From NCBI GenBank assembly GCA_003663325.1, contig QMZT01000001.1:15366-79365 (forward strand): a stretch of DNA of 64,000 bases. The letters are read 5' to 3'. The notes beneath the pieces are model-generated. The model was not told the origin of the DNA. It ran no database searches and saw only the letters and a program-made list of their open reading frames with translations. Shown here piece by piece: positions 44,573 through 53,166 of the stretch. The stretch is from Candidatus Aenigmatarchaeota archaeon (GTDB lineage: Archaea; Aenigmatarchaeota; Aenigmatarchaeia; QMZP01; QMZT01). How positions within the stretch are numbered: position 1 is the first letter of the stretch; the number at the start of each line of letters is the position of its first letter. A program made the translations under genes and the position numbers.

Positions 44573-45667
44573 ATGCAGAGGGATATAAAATGGGTATATA
44601 AGAGCAAGGAGCTAATAAGAGAAGCCAAGAAAAGGCTTTACCCTGCTATACCCTTTGAAGGTGTAATAGGAGATAAATACTTTGATAAAATTGAGATTGG
44701 GAGACCTTTGGTTATGAGCGAAGGTGTTGCAAGGGATTGGTTAGAGCTTAACTATGTTTTTGCTACACATTTTATGCCAAAAAGAAGGCCTGGTATTGGC
44801 GAGATAGGGGCAGAGGTGGAGGAGGGAAAGATTATTATAGATACTTCTGCTCTGAAAAAGTTGAGATGGGTGCTGGAAAGGTTTAGAGATATAGAAACGG
44901 ATTATGAGGATTGGATAAAAGAAAAAGAACAATACGAAAAACTAACCTCTACACTTAGCTCAATATGCTTACTTAATCATATCCCAGTTGACTGTGGGAT
45001 TTATATAGGCGAAAGATATATGTTACTTCCAAATACGAAATTTGTGGATAGCATAAAATCGGCTGGGATAGTGGATAAAAACATAGTGGACAGATTAGAA
45101 AGAATAGTGAAGAGGTATGCACACCTTGTATCGGTTTTATTAGAGATAGAGGAACATTATACAACAATCCCATACGTTGATGATATGATAAGGCTGGACT
45201 CACCCCCAGTGGAAGGTGATATAACGATGCATACACATCCAGGATTTGATGATTTATACGAGGCTTTACCATCAAATAGCGATGTTGGTATATTTGCTAT
45301 GGGTGGCAAGCAACGATATTATGTTATGCGCGTTCCAAATAATGGTTTTTTTAGAGATGTACAAAAAATTGTTGATAGTAAAGCCTTAGATGAGTATGAG
45401 CTGATTAATATAAAGAGAGAGAAAGCCCTGCCTGCAATAAAAGATACGCATATTTTAGGTTTTTGCATAGAAAAGCATGGCAGGAATGCTTTACTCAGGC
45501 CTGTTATAAATGAGAGGGGGTATGAAAGATACGAAGAGTGGCTGAATGCTAATGGGCTTTATGGAGAAGACATGAATGTAAGGGAAATTGAGTTAGATAC
45601 AGGAAAGGGCAAAATAGAATATGAGGGAGCTATGTTATTTCATACCATATCATCCATAGAAGTGTGA
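44573..45667 (+). CDS. hypothetical protein with JAB/MPN-like HxH...SxxD motif
   Basis: 'ITMHTHPGFDDLYEALPSNSDVGIF' in the C-terminal half. No other motif recognised. Confidence 0.4.
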   Translation: MQRDIKWVYKSKELIREAKKRLYPAIPFEGVIGDKYFDKIEIGRPLVMSEGVARDWLELNYVFATHFMPKRRPGIGEIGAEVEEGKIIIDTSALKKLRWVLERFRDIETDYEDWIKEKEQYEKLTSTLSSICLLNHIPVDCGIYIGERYMLLPNTKFVDSIKSAGIVDKNIVDRLERIVKRYAHLVSVLLEIEEHYTTIPYVDDMIRLDSPPVEGDITMHTHPGFDDLYEALPSNSDVGIFAMGGKQRYYVMRVPNNGFFRDVQKIVDSKALDEYELINIKREKALPAIKDTHILGFCIEKHGRNALLRPVINERGYERYEEWLNANGLYGEDMNVREIELDTGKGKIEYEGAMLFHTISSIEV

Positions 45668-45861
45668 CTATAGCCCAAAATCGTGCAACAATATCCTTGT
45701 AAACTAGAAATGTGAGTAAAGCTATCGTACCAAGTATTACTATTACCCAATCTTCAATATCACCGAGCATTTTAATGGACTACGGCAGCCCTCTTCGTCC
45801 ACCTTTAACATCTCCTTTTTGTTCTTTCTTATAATTCTATAAAAAATTAGGATATATTATT

Positions 45862-46506
45862 TTAAATATTTGACGCCCTGCTCAGCTTTTGATACTCAAA
45901 ATAAGAATAAATTATAGCATAAATAGCAACTAAGATTACTGGAATGAGAACAAAAAATATTGCATAGCTTTGAAAAACCATGCCAATAAGACTAATCACG
46001 CTTGCAACCTTGAATAATTTTCCGCACATCTTATGCGTTCTATTCCATACCCTTTCATTGCTTAAAGTCCAAGGTGTTCTTATGCCAATAAACCAATTTC
46101 TTTTTGCGTTCTCACAAAGAATACCAAAATAATAGAAAAGTATGGCGCATGCAGGTATTATAGCAATAGGTGTGTTAACTTTAATTCCCAAATTCCAGAG
46201 AATAACAAAAAGATAAATCCAAAATAAAAACATGGCAATTATAATTATAAACCTATCATAATATTTTCTGAATCTTTCAATATTTCTTTTCAGTGGGTCT
46301 ACTTTTGGTATGGTAAAAAGGGCTAAGCTTGTGATAACGATCAACAAAGGAAAAGAAAGTATCCAAATTTTTGGCACGTACCCATCAACCTTACCTCCAG
46401 CATTCCAATGTGAAGCTATCTTTTCTGGCAGCATAGGATAAAAATATATAGCAATAATGAAAGAAAGAAAAGCTATTCCCACAATAACTATCTTGGCCAT
46501 TTTCAT
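45862..46506 (-). CDS. DUF1648/SdpI-family membrane protein
   Basis: 'FYPMLPEKIASHWNAGGKVDGY' N-terminal signature, then an SdpI-like multi-TM region ('GIRTPWTLSNERVW'). Confidence 0.7.
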   Translation of the reverse strand: MKMAKIVIVGIAFLSFIIAIYFYPMLPEKIASHWNAGGKVDGYVPKIWILSFPLLIVITSLALFTIPKVDPLKRNIERFRKYYDRFIIIIAMFLFWIYLFVILWNLGIKVNTPIAIIPACAILFYYFGILCENAKRNWFIGIRTPWTLSNERVWNRTHKMCGKLFKVASVISLIGMVFQSYAIFFVLIPVILVAIYAIIYSYFEYQKLSRASNI

Positions 46507-46557
46507 AATCCAAAACCTCGATTATTTTTTGTTCATCTGTCTTAAATATTTAAAAAT

Positions 46558-48105
46558 TCACATATCTAGAAAATCCCTTAGGCTTGTTTTTTTCTTTACC
46601 TTGATACCCTTGCTTTTTATACCATAAAGTGTCCTCTTCATTGTTTTTTCCTTCTTTAAAGAGCTCCAATAGTACGCTTCATCCCTTGTCCCCTTCGTTA
46701 CCAATATTATTATCTTCCCGACACTATGCCTTCCAACCCTTCCCCTTCTTTGTATATTCCTTATCTCTGAGGGAACGGGCTCATAAAAGATTGCTATATC
46801 CATAGATGGTATATCTAGCCCTTCCTCACTCACAGAGGTTCCAACCAGTATATTATACTTTCCCTCTCTAAAATCCTTTAAACGTCTTGCTTGCTCCTTT
46901 TGTGTTATCCCCTCTTTTTGCCCAACAAAAACAACAGGCCTCGCATTATCTATCCTTTTAAGTATCTCTACCAATTCCTTTACCGTGCTCCTATAGTTTG
47001 CAAATATTATTATTTTAACCTGTCCTTTCTTCAAAGCGTCCTCAACTATGCCGCAAAGCATACCTATTTTTGGATGGATGATACCCTTTTCGAAAAGCTC
47101 TTTTGTTTTTTTAATAGCTTGCACAAAATTATAATTTTTTAAAAGCTCAAAAACAGCTCTGCTTTTCTCCTTTTTCATTTTCTCAAAATACTCATGCAAA
47201 AACTTTATCCCTTGCGTTTCTAACAACTCCAGCCCGTGCTCCACCTTTATAGCCTTTGTCAATATTGTTATTGCAAAAAATGCCTTCTTATTGCCTTTTT
47301 CAATGTTTTCTATAACTGTTTTTTGTAGCTTGAGCAAATCCTTCCTGGTTACGAGATTTATAGGCTTGGACAAACCAAACTTCTTTAGCTTTTCCAATTC
47401 CTTTTTATAAACGCTCATTAAAAGTTCTCTAATACTTTTCATACTCTCTGGAAGCTTAACGTATACCCATTCTATATCCTTCCTTTTTACCCATGGCTTT
47501 ACATCCTCATCCCTCTCTGTCCTTATCTCCACATCCTCTATCCCTAAATTTTTGCATATCTCTTCAATTTTTTCTCTTTTGCCGCCAGGAGAAGCTGTCA
47601 GACCAAGTATATGCGGTTTCTTTCCATGCTTTTTATAATATTTTGCTATGAATACATATGCATAGTTTCCGATGGCATGATGGGCCTCGTCAAATATGAT
47701 AAGACTGAAGTTATTAAGCCTTAACCTGCCACGCTCTATATCATTCTTTATAACTTGAGGAGTAGAAAATATGAGATTGCAATTTTCATACAATACCTTT
47801 CTTTTCTCTGGCTTTATTGAACCCGTGGTTATGCACATCTTGCTTACATCCATATCCATTATATCTGCAAACGAATGCATATGCTGTTCAACGAGTGGTT
47901 TTGTTGGCGCAAGCATGAGAACCTTAGAATCTGGCATTTCCTTTAATTTATACGCAGCTAGCATTATTGCTATGGCGGTCTTTCCTAAGCCTGTGGGAAG
48001 TACACACAGCAAGCTTTTTTTTACAGCCTTTGCAAATATAAGCTCTTGGTAGATCCTAGCCTCAAGCTTATTTTTCTTTATGAGTGGGTGATTTACGTAT
48101 GCCAT
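46558..48105 (-). CDS. Hef/FANCM/Mph1-like superfamily 2 helicase (helicase domains only)
   Basis: 'RIYQELIF', 'VLPTGLGKTAIAI', 'IIFDEAHHAIGNYAY', 'LGLTASPG', 'LVGTSVSEEGLDIP', 'IQRRGRVGR'. No ERCC4 nuclease domain follows. Confidence 0.75.
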   Translation of the reverse strand: MAYVNHPLIKKNKLEARIYQELIFAKAVKKSLLCVLPTGLGKTAIAIMLAAYKLKEMPDSKVLMLAPTKPLVEQHMHSFADIMDMDVSKMCITTGSIKPEKRKVLYENCNLIFSTPQVIKNDIERGRLRLNNFSLIIFDEAHHAIGNYAYVFIAKYYKKHGKKPHILGLTASPGGKREKIEEICKNLGIEDVEIRTERDEDVKPWVKRKDIEWVYVKLPESMKSIRELLMSVYKKELEKLKKFGLSKPINLVTRKDLLKLQKTVIENIEKGNKKAFFAITILTKAIKVEHGLELLETQGIKFLHEYFEKMKKEKSRAVFELLKNYNFVQAIKKTKELFEKGIIHPKIGMLCGIVEDALKKGQVKIIIFANYRSTVKELVEILKRIDNARPVVFVGQKEGITQKEQARRLKDFREGKYNILVGTSVSEEGLDIPSMDIAIFYEPVPSEIRNIQRRGRVGRHSVGKIIILVTKGTRDEAYYWSSLKKEKTMKRTLYGIKSKGIKVKKKTSLRDFLDM

Positions 48106-48139
48106 AAACCTTTATTAAAATTAGGAGTTAAAAATTATA

Positions 48140-48496
48140 GTGATGTCAAGCAAATGTAAGCAGGTTGTTGGATTGGTGGAAAAGATAAAGATAGTTGGCA
48201 ATGATAAAGCCATAGAGACACTAGCTCTAATGGATACCGGGGCTATTAGAACGTCTATAGATATGTCTCTTGCCGCTGAAGCAAAACTTGGGCCTATTGT
48301 TGGTATTGAAAAAATAAAGCAATCCTCTACAAAGAGGTCTACTAAAAGACCAATAGTGGAAGCTATTATAGAGCTTAAGGGCAAAAGATTTAAGAAGAAG
48401 GTAAACTTGCAGGATCGTTCTCATATGAGATACCTTGCAATTATTGGAAGGGATATACTTAAAGGAAATTTCATAGTGGATCCAGAAAAGGGATAA
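48140..48496 (+). CDS. retropepsin-like aspartic protease domain protein (RimK-associated 'Zn_protease' family-like)
   Basis: 'ALMDTGAIRTSI' (D-T-G) and 'YLAIIGRDIL' flap/dimer motif. Confidence 0.6.
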   Translation: MMSSKCKQVVGLVEKIKIVGNDKAIETLALMDTGAIRTSIDMSLAAEAKLGPIVGIEKIKQSSTKRSTKRPIVEAIIELKGKRFKKKVNLQDRSHMRYLAIIGRDILKGNFIVDPEKG

Positions 48497-48536
48497 ATCT
48501 TATATAATATCGTATCTAACTAAAAATGGTGATAAA

Positions 48537-48740
48537 ATGGAAAGGCTTCCCTTTGCCACGCTTGAAAGAATATTAAAAGATGCTGGCGCTAAAAGAGTAT
48601 CAAAAAGTGCAGTTATGGAATTCAACGATGTTATTATGGATTTTGCAAATAATATTGCTAGAGCCGCTATAAAGTTTGCAGAGCATGCGGGCAGAAGGAC
48701 TGTTACAGCTAAGGATGTGAAGCTTGCAAGAAAATACTGA
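48537..48740 (+). CDS. archaeal histone (HMf family)
   Basis: 67 aa. 'LPFATLERILKDAGAKRVS...AEHAGRRTVTAKDVKLA' histone fold. TTATATAA at 48500-48507 and GGTGAT before the ATG. Confidence 0.9.
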   Translation: MERLPFATLERILKDAGAKRVSKSAVMEFNDVIMDFANNIARAAIKFAEHAGRRTVTAKDVKLARKY

Positions 48741-48741
48741 A

Positions 48742-49152
48742 CTATTTCTTACTCTTTGGTTTTATTTTTGGCAATGGCAATGGTATTGGTAACTGCAAAT
48801 CCTCTGCTATTCCTACAATCTTTATTAAGCATTTCTTGAAAAGATAGTTCATTATCTCTATAGTCTCTTTTTCCGGTATCTTATTATCTTTGTTCCACAA
48901 CTCCAGTATCTCCTTGTTATTATCTGTCAAATAGAGCAGCTCGCCAGAAATCTTTATGTTCCCTATGTTTGGCATGTATGATGTTTCAAACTCAAAAAGC
49001 ATTGATAGAACCTTCTTTCCTATTGTTGGCACTGTAACTTCTTTGACACCCAATATCCTTGGGGTTGAATTTATCTTTATTTCCTCATGCCCTGCAAACT
49101 CCTCGCTCTTTTTTGCATCTATGCCCTGAAAGGATAAACCAACTACAGGCAT
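48742..49152 (-). CDS. hypothetical protein
   Basis: 136-aa ORF with a Pro/Lys tail 'LPIPLPLPKIKPKSKK'. No motif recognised. Confidence 0.4.
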   Translation of the reverse strand: MPVVGLSFQGIDAKKSEEFAGHEEIKINSTPRILGVKEVTVPTIGKKVLSMLFEFETSYMPNIGNIKISGELLYLTDNNKEILELWNKDNKIPEKETIEIMNYLFKKCLIKIVGIAEDLQLPIPLPLPKIKPKSKK

Positions 49153-49197
49153 TTTACCTCCTCCATTTAGTTATAATTCTTATTTGAAGTTAAATCT

Positions 49198-49205
49198 TTT
49201 AAATA
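49198..49205 (+). promoter_or_regulatory. candidate TATA box (TTTAAATA) for the DJ-1/PfpI gene
   Basis: 27 nt upstream of the ATG at 49232. Confidence 0.3.
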
Positions 49206-49231
49206 TTCCCCATAAAATTAAATAGGTAAAA

Positions 49232-49768
49232 ATGAAGAAAATACTCGTCCCACTTTCAAACGGGTTTGAAGAAATAGAAGCCGTTACAATAATTGATGTA
49301 TTGAGAAGGGCTGGAATAGAGGTCGTTGTTTCTGGCATCCCGGGCAGTATAGTTCAAGGTGCTCATGGTATAAGTGTGGTAGCCGATACAAGGTTACAGA
49401 ATATTAAAGAGGAAGAATTTGATGGTATAGTATTGCCCGGCGGAGATCCTGGCTATAAAAACCTTATGAAATCACACGATATATTGATGCTTGTAAAGAA
49501 ATTTTATGAAAATGGGAAGCTTGTTGGTGCGATATGCGCAGCTCCGCTTGTGCTTGCAAAGGCCGGTGTGCTAGACAATAAATTAGCTACGATATACCCT
49601 GGAATGGAAAGGGACATACCAAGACCAAGAGACGCTAGCGTTATAGTTGATGGCAACGTTATAACCTCCAAAGGTCCGGGAACGGCAATTGAATTTGCTT
49701 TGGCTATTGTTGAATACCTTCTCGGAAAAGCTAAGGCTATTGAGCTCAAAAACATTATTGTGGCATGA
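49232..49768 (+). CDS. DJ-1/PfpI-family protein
   Basis: 'FDGIVLPGG', nucleophile elbow 'VGAICAAP', 'ITSKGPGTAIEFA'. Confidence 0.85.
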   Translation: MKKILVPLSNGFEEIEAVTIIDVLRRAGIEVVVSGIPGSIVQGAHGISVVADTRLQNIKEEEFDGIVLPGGDPGYKNLMKSHDILMLVKKFYENGKLVGAICAAPLVLAKAGVLDNKLATIYPGMERDIPRPRDASVIVDGNVITSKGPGTAIEFALAIVEYLLGKAKAIELKNIIVA

Positions 49769-49829
49769 TTTAATATTCATTTAAAAATTTTATTGTCATA
49801 AATTAATCATAATATTTCAGAGGGAAAGC

Positions 49830-50186
49830 ATGGTATTAGAAAAGATAAGAGGAATAGCAAAGAAGAGTGTTGTGGATGAAGAATTTGATGTGAATGAGGA
49901 TTACATAGAGGTTGATGTTTCAGAAGCGGAGAAAAAACAAGGAAAGGTAATAATAAGGGTTGACAAGCTTGAGAGCTTCTCAGATACGGAGAGGGTTGTA
50001 AAACATCTTAGGGACGGTGCATTAGTATTTTTAAAGATAAAAAACCTCAGGGAAAAGGATATGGGTGATCTTAAGAGGTCTGTTGAAAGGATCAAAAAGA
50101 CTATAATTGCTATAGGTGGGGATATAGTAGGTATTGAGCAGGATTGGCTTATATTAACACCAGATTATGCAAGGATAGAAAGATAA
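49830..50186 (+). CDS. sepF: cell division protein SepF
   Basis: 'VIIRVDKLESFSDTERVVKHLRDGALVFLKIKNL...DLKRSVERIK...GGDIVGIEQDWLILTP' is the SepF/DUF552 pattern. Confidence 0.8.
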   Translation: MVLEKIRGIAKKSVVDEEFDVNEDYIEVDVSEAEKKQGKVIIRVDKLESFSDTERVVKHLRDGALVFLKIKNLREKDMGDLKRSVERIKKTIIAIGGDIVGIEQDWLILTPDYARIER

Positions 50187-50206
50187 AATATTTTTAATGG
50201 GATTAA

Positions 50207-50656
50207 ATGAATAGAGCAAAGTATATAATGTCATTCTTTATAGTAATAACAATGCTCCTTTCCATTGTAGGTTTTGCGATAATCTCTGTTACACCTCTTC
50301 AAAAAAGAAGCGGATTCAGTTTACCTCTTGTTATTAATAGAACACTTACACAAGAAGAGAGAGCAAGCGTTGTCAGGAGTGGTAGAACGCTCATAGAATA
50401 TATCTTCCCTGCATCATGCTATTCATGTTTTGAAAAAAGATCGATGTATGTCAGGTTTGTTAATAGTCCAGACTATAAAGGATACGTGGTGCTGGAAAGC
50501 GTAGCGAGCGATATAAATGAGAGCATAGATAGGATGATAGGTATGTACGGCAATGTTTATGATCTAACAAACATTACAACACAAGAGGAGCTCGAGAAGT
50601 TATTTTGCGAGGCAGCGTTAATTAAACCAGAGATATGCGTACTTTTTGAGATATGA
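50207..50656 (+). CDS. membrane-anchored hypothetical protein with CxxC motif
   Basis: N-terminal TM 'IMSFFIVITMLLSIVGFAIISV'. 'PASCYSCFEK' (CxxC) plus a second distal Cys pair. Confidence 0.45.
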   Translation: MNRAKYIMSFFIVITMLLSIVGFAIISVTPLQKRSGFSLPLVINRTLTQEERASVVRSGRTLIEYIFPASCYSCFEKRSMYVRFVNSPDYKGYVVLESVASDINESIDRMIGMYGNVYDLTNITTQEELEKLFCEAALIKPEICVLFEI

Positions 50657-50698
50657 GAACACTCAATTTTTAAAAAACTTGTTGGAAATTTATTGGTT

Positions 50699-51232
50699 AT
50701 GAAAAGGAATAGTTTGGATGATGTAAGAAATTATGCCCAGAGATTTAAAGATGAGGTTGATAGATGGCGCTGTTCTATTCAATTGGCTCCATATTATAGG
50801 TTTGGTGAGTGGCTACGTGAGAATGAAAAGGATAGTAAAGAATTGCCAGAGATATGCAAGAAATACGCAAATATGAGGCATGCCGCTTCACATGCTAATG
50901 GGTTCTTAGGCCGTGGTGAATATGTATTAGCATTGCCTGTCTCTAATGGATGTGTTGTTGCAAACATGAGGCTGGAGGGAGAGGCAGAAAGAATTAAAAG
51001 GGAGTATAGATTGGATGATGAACAAGCAAAGCGCATTGCTATTCAATTTGCCGGATACGCGAGCAAAGCAATTGAAGAAGGGGATATAGAGGCTGCCATT
51101 TGTGCTTGGAAGGCTGGTGGTTTTTTGGACGAAGACGTGCCATCAAGCATTGCAAGAAAACTAAAAGGCTACGCGAGGAAAAGCTATGCGAATGCAAAAA
51201 GATTGTTAGAATTGCTGGATGAAATTGGGTAA
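50699..51232 (+). CDS. hypothetical protein
   Basis: ATG 'MKRNSLDD' (the track start is TTG). Helical, no motif recognised. Confidence 0.4.
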   Translation: MKRNSLDDVRNYAQRFKDEVDRWRCSIQLAPYYRFGEWLRENEKDSKELPEICKKYANMRHAASHANGFLGRGEYVLALPVSNGCVVANMRLEGEAERIKREYRLDDEQAKRIAIQFAGYASKAIEEGDIEAAICAWKAGGFLDEDVPSSIARKLKGYARKSYANAKRLLELLDEIG

Positions 51233-51250
51233 GCAAGAAGGAGGTAAGCT

Positions 51251-51258
51251 TTTAAATA
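51251..51258 (+). promoter_or_regulatory. candidate TATA box (TTTAAATA) for the L1-P0-P1 operon
   Basis: 54 nt upstream of the ATG at 51312. The predicted short leader contains GGAGGG (SD-like). Confidence 0.3.
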
Positions 51259-51311
51259 CTTTTCTAACTAAACATTAATAACCCGCTAACTACTTCGGTA
51301 GGAGGGTAAAG

Positions 51312-51944
51312 ATGAAAAACATTTTAGAGGCTTTGAGAAAGGCAAGGGAAGAGAGCAAGAAAAGAAAATTTACTCAAACATGGGATCTAATTTTAGCGCT
51401 TAAGAATATAGACTTGAAAAAGCCTGAAAATAGAATTAATTTGGAATTTTCCCTGCCTGAGGGAAGGGGAAAAGATGTCAAGGTGTTGTTTATTGCAGAT
51501 ACGCTCTTGGAGGACGCAAAAAAGCATGCACATCTCGTTATTTCAAAAAATGAGCTTGAGAAGATAGGTAAAAATAAAAAGCTTATAAAGAAATACGCAT
51601 CCCAATATGATTGGTTGTTTGCGGAAGCCCCACTTATGCCTTTAGTCGGAAAGCTATTTGGTACTGTTCTAGGGCCCAGAGGCAAGATGCCTAAACCTGT
51701 TTCCCCCAAAGCCAAGGTTGAGCCTTTCATAGAATCTGCAAAGAAATTGGTAAGGATAAGAGTAAAGGACAGCCCTGTTATTCATATCCCTGTAGGCACA
51801 GAGGATATGGAAGATGAAAAGGTTGCAAAGAATATAGAGGCTGTTTACAATTTTATAAAGGAGAGATTGCCAAAGGGGGTTGCAAACATAAAGAATGTTT
51901 ATATAAAGTTAACAATGGGGAAACCTGTAAAGTTGGAAATGTGA
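51312..51944 (+). CDS. rpl1: 50S ribosomal protein L1 (uL1)
   Basis: 'KRKFTQTWDLILALKNIDLKKPENRI', 'LGPRGKMPKP'. Confidence 0.9.
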   Translation: MKNILEALRKAREESKKRKFTQTWDLILALKNIDLKKPENRINLEFSLPEGRGKDVKVLFIADTLLEDAKKHAHLVISKNELEKIGKNKKLIKKYASQYDWLFAEAPLMPLVGKLFGTVLGPRGKMPKPVSPKAKVEPFIESAKKLVRIRVKDSPVIHIPVGTEDMEDEKVAKNIEAVYNFIKERLPKGVANIKNVYIKLTMGKPVKLEM

Positions 51945-51948
51945 TAGT

Positions 51949-52791
51949 ATGGTATCTGAGAAGAAGAAAAGGATTGTAGAAGAGATAGCAAAGGAGATGA
52001 AAAATTATAAAGTTATTGGTATAGTTAATATGTTTAAATTACCTGCAAGGCAATTGCAAGATATAAAAAGGAAAATGAAAGGAAAGGCAAAGATAGTAAT
52101 GGTTAAAAAAAGACTTATAACCAGAGCCATAGATAAATCGGGTAAAAAGGGGCTGAAAAAATTAATAGATTATATAGAAGGGCAACCTGCGCTGATTTTC
52201 GCTAACACAAACCCGTTTGAAATAGCAAAGATAATAGACTCTGCCAAATCACCAGCTTTCGCAAAACCCGGTGACATAGCACCAAAAGATATAGTTATAA
52301 AGGCCGGTCCAACCCCACTTAAAGCCGGACCCGTTATAGGTGAGCTGCAACGTGCAAAATTGCCAGTATCCGTGGAGGGTGAAAATATAGTAATAAGGGA
52401 AGATACACTTTTTGTGAAGGAAGGCGAGGAAATAGACAAAACAAAGGCAGATATACTTGGAAAGCTTGGTATCGAGCCCATGGAGATTAAGCTTAGTTTG
52501 GTTGCTGCTTATGAAGATGGGATTGTTTACACAAGTGATATACTTTTCGTACCAAAAGAAAAATATGTAGAGGATTTAATGAATGCACATGCTGCTGCAT
52601 TCAACTTGGCGTTAAATATAAATTACATAACTACATATACGTTACCATTACTATTATCCAAGGCATATAATGCTGCACTCAGCTTGGCGTTAAATGCTGC
52701 TATACCAACAAAAGAAGTATTGCCGCAGCTAATGGCAAAGGCTAATGCTCACATGATGGCATTAAAAGCCATAATAGCTAAAGAAAAATAA
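51949..52791 (+). CDS. rplP0: 50S ribosomal protein L10/P0 (uL10)
   Basis: Position after L1. 'LPARQLQDIRKK'-type N-terminal block ('KLPARQLQDIKRKMKGKAKIVMVKK'). Confidence 0.85.
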   Translation: MVSEKKKRIVEEIAKEMKNYKVIGIVNMFKLPARQLQDIKRKMKGKAKIVMVKKRLITRAIDKSGKKGLKKLIDYIEGQPALIFANTNPFEIAKIIDSAKSPAFAKPGDIAPKDIVIKAGPTPLKAGPVIGELQRAKLPVSVEGENIVIREDTLFVKEGEEIDKTKADILGKLGIEPMEIKLSLVAAYEDGIVYTSDILFVPKEKYVEDLMNAHAAAFNLALNINYITTYTLPLLLSKAYNAALSLALNAAIPTKEVLPQLMAKANAHMMALKAIIAKEK

Positions 52792-52804
52792 TGGAGGTGT
52801 GTAA

Positions 52805-53107
52805 ATGGAGATGATATACGCCGTGTTGCTGTTGCATAGTATGGGCAAAGAGGTAACGGAGGAATCGCTAAAGAAGGTATTAGAGGCTGCAGGAGGGAAG
52901 GTTGATGAAGCACAAGTAAAAGCATTGGTTACAAACCTTAAGGATGTAGATATAGATGAGGCAATAAAACAGACACCTGTGGCTCAGGTGCAAGCAGCAG
53001 AGCCCGCTAAAGAAGAGAAGGAAGAAAAGAAGGAAGAGGAAGAGAAAAAGGAAGAAGAGAAATCAGAAAAAGAGGCTGCAGCAGGACTAAGTGCACTATT
53101 TGGCTAA
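52805..53107 (+). CDS. rpl12: 50S ribosomal stalk protein P1 (L12)
   Basis: '[11 protein letters not shown]' start and acidic tail ending in '[10 protein letters not shown]'. Confidence 0.9.
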   Translation: MEMIYAVLLLHSMGKEVTEESLKKVLEAAGGKVDEAQVKALVTNLKDVDIDEAIKQTPVAQVQAAEPAKEEKEEKKEEEEKKEEEKSEKEAAAGLSALFG

Positions 53108-53166
53108 AACTCTTTCTTATTTTTCTTTAGCAAAACAATAAAATTAGCCTTAGCTATATAATTAAT

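Noticed and set aside
45633-45770. 45-aa minus-strand single-TM ORF (MLGDIEDWVIVILGTIALLTFLVYKDIVARFW...) in the gap after the 364-aa gene
   Set aside because: It would overlap the 3' end of the plus-strand gene by about 35 nt and has no operon context or recognisable ribosome-binding site. It could be real, but it is not supportable from sequence alone.
51282-51311. Hairpin CTAC-TTCG-GTAG just upstream of the L1 start as an L1 autoregulatory mRNA site
   Set aside because: Only 4 bp plus a tetraloop. I cannot match it to the 23S L1-stalk mimic from memory, so the evidence is insufficient.
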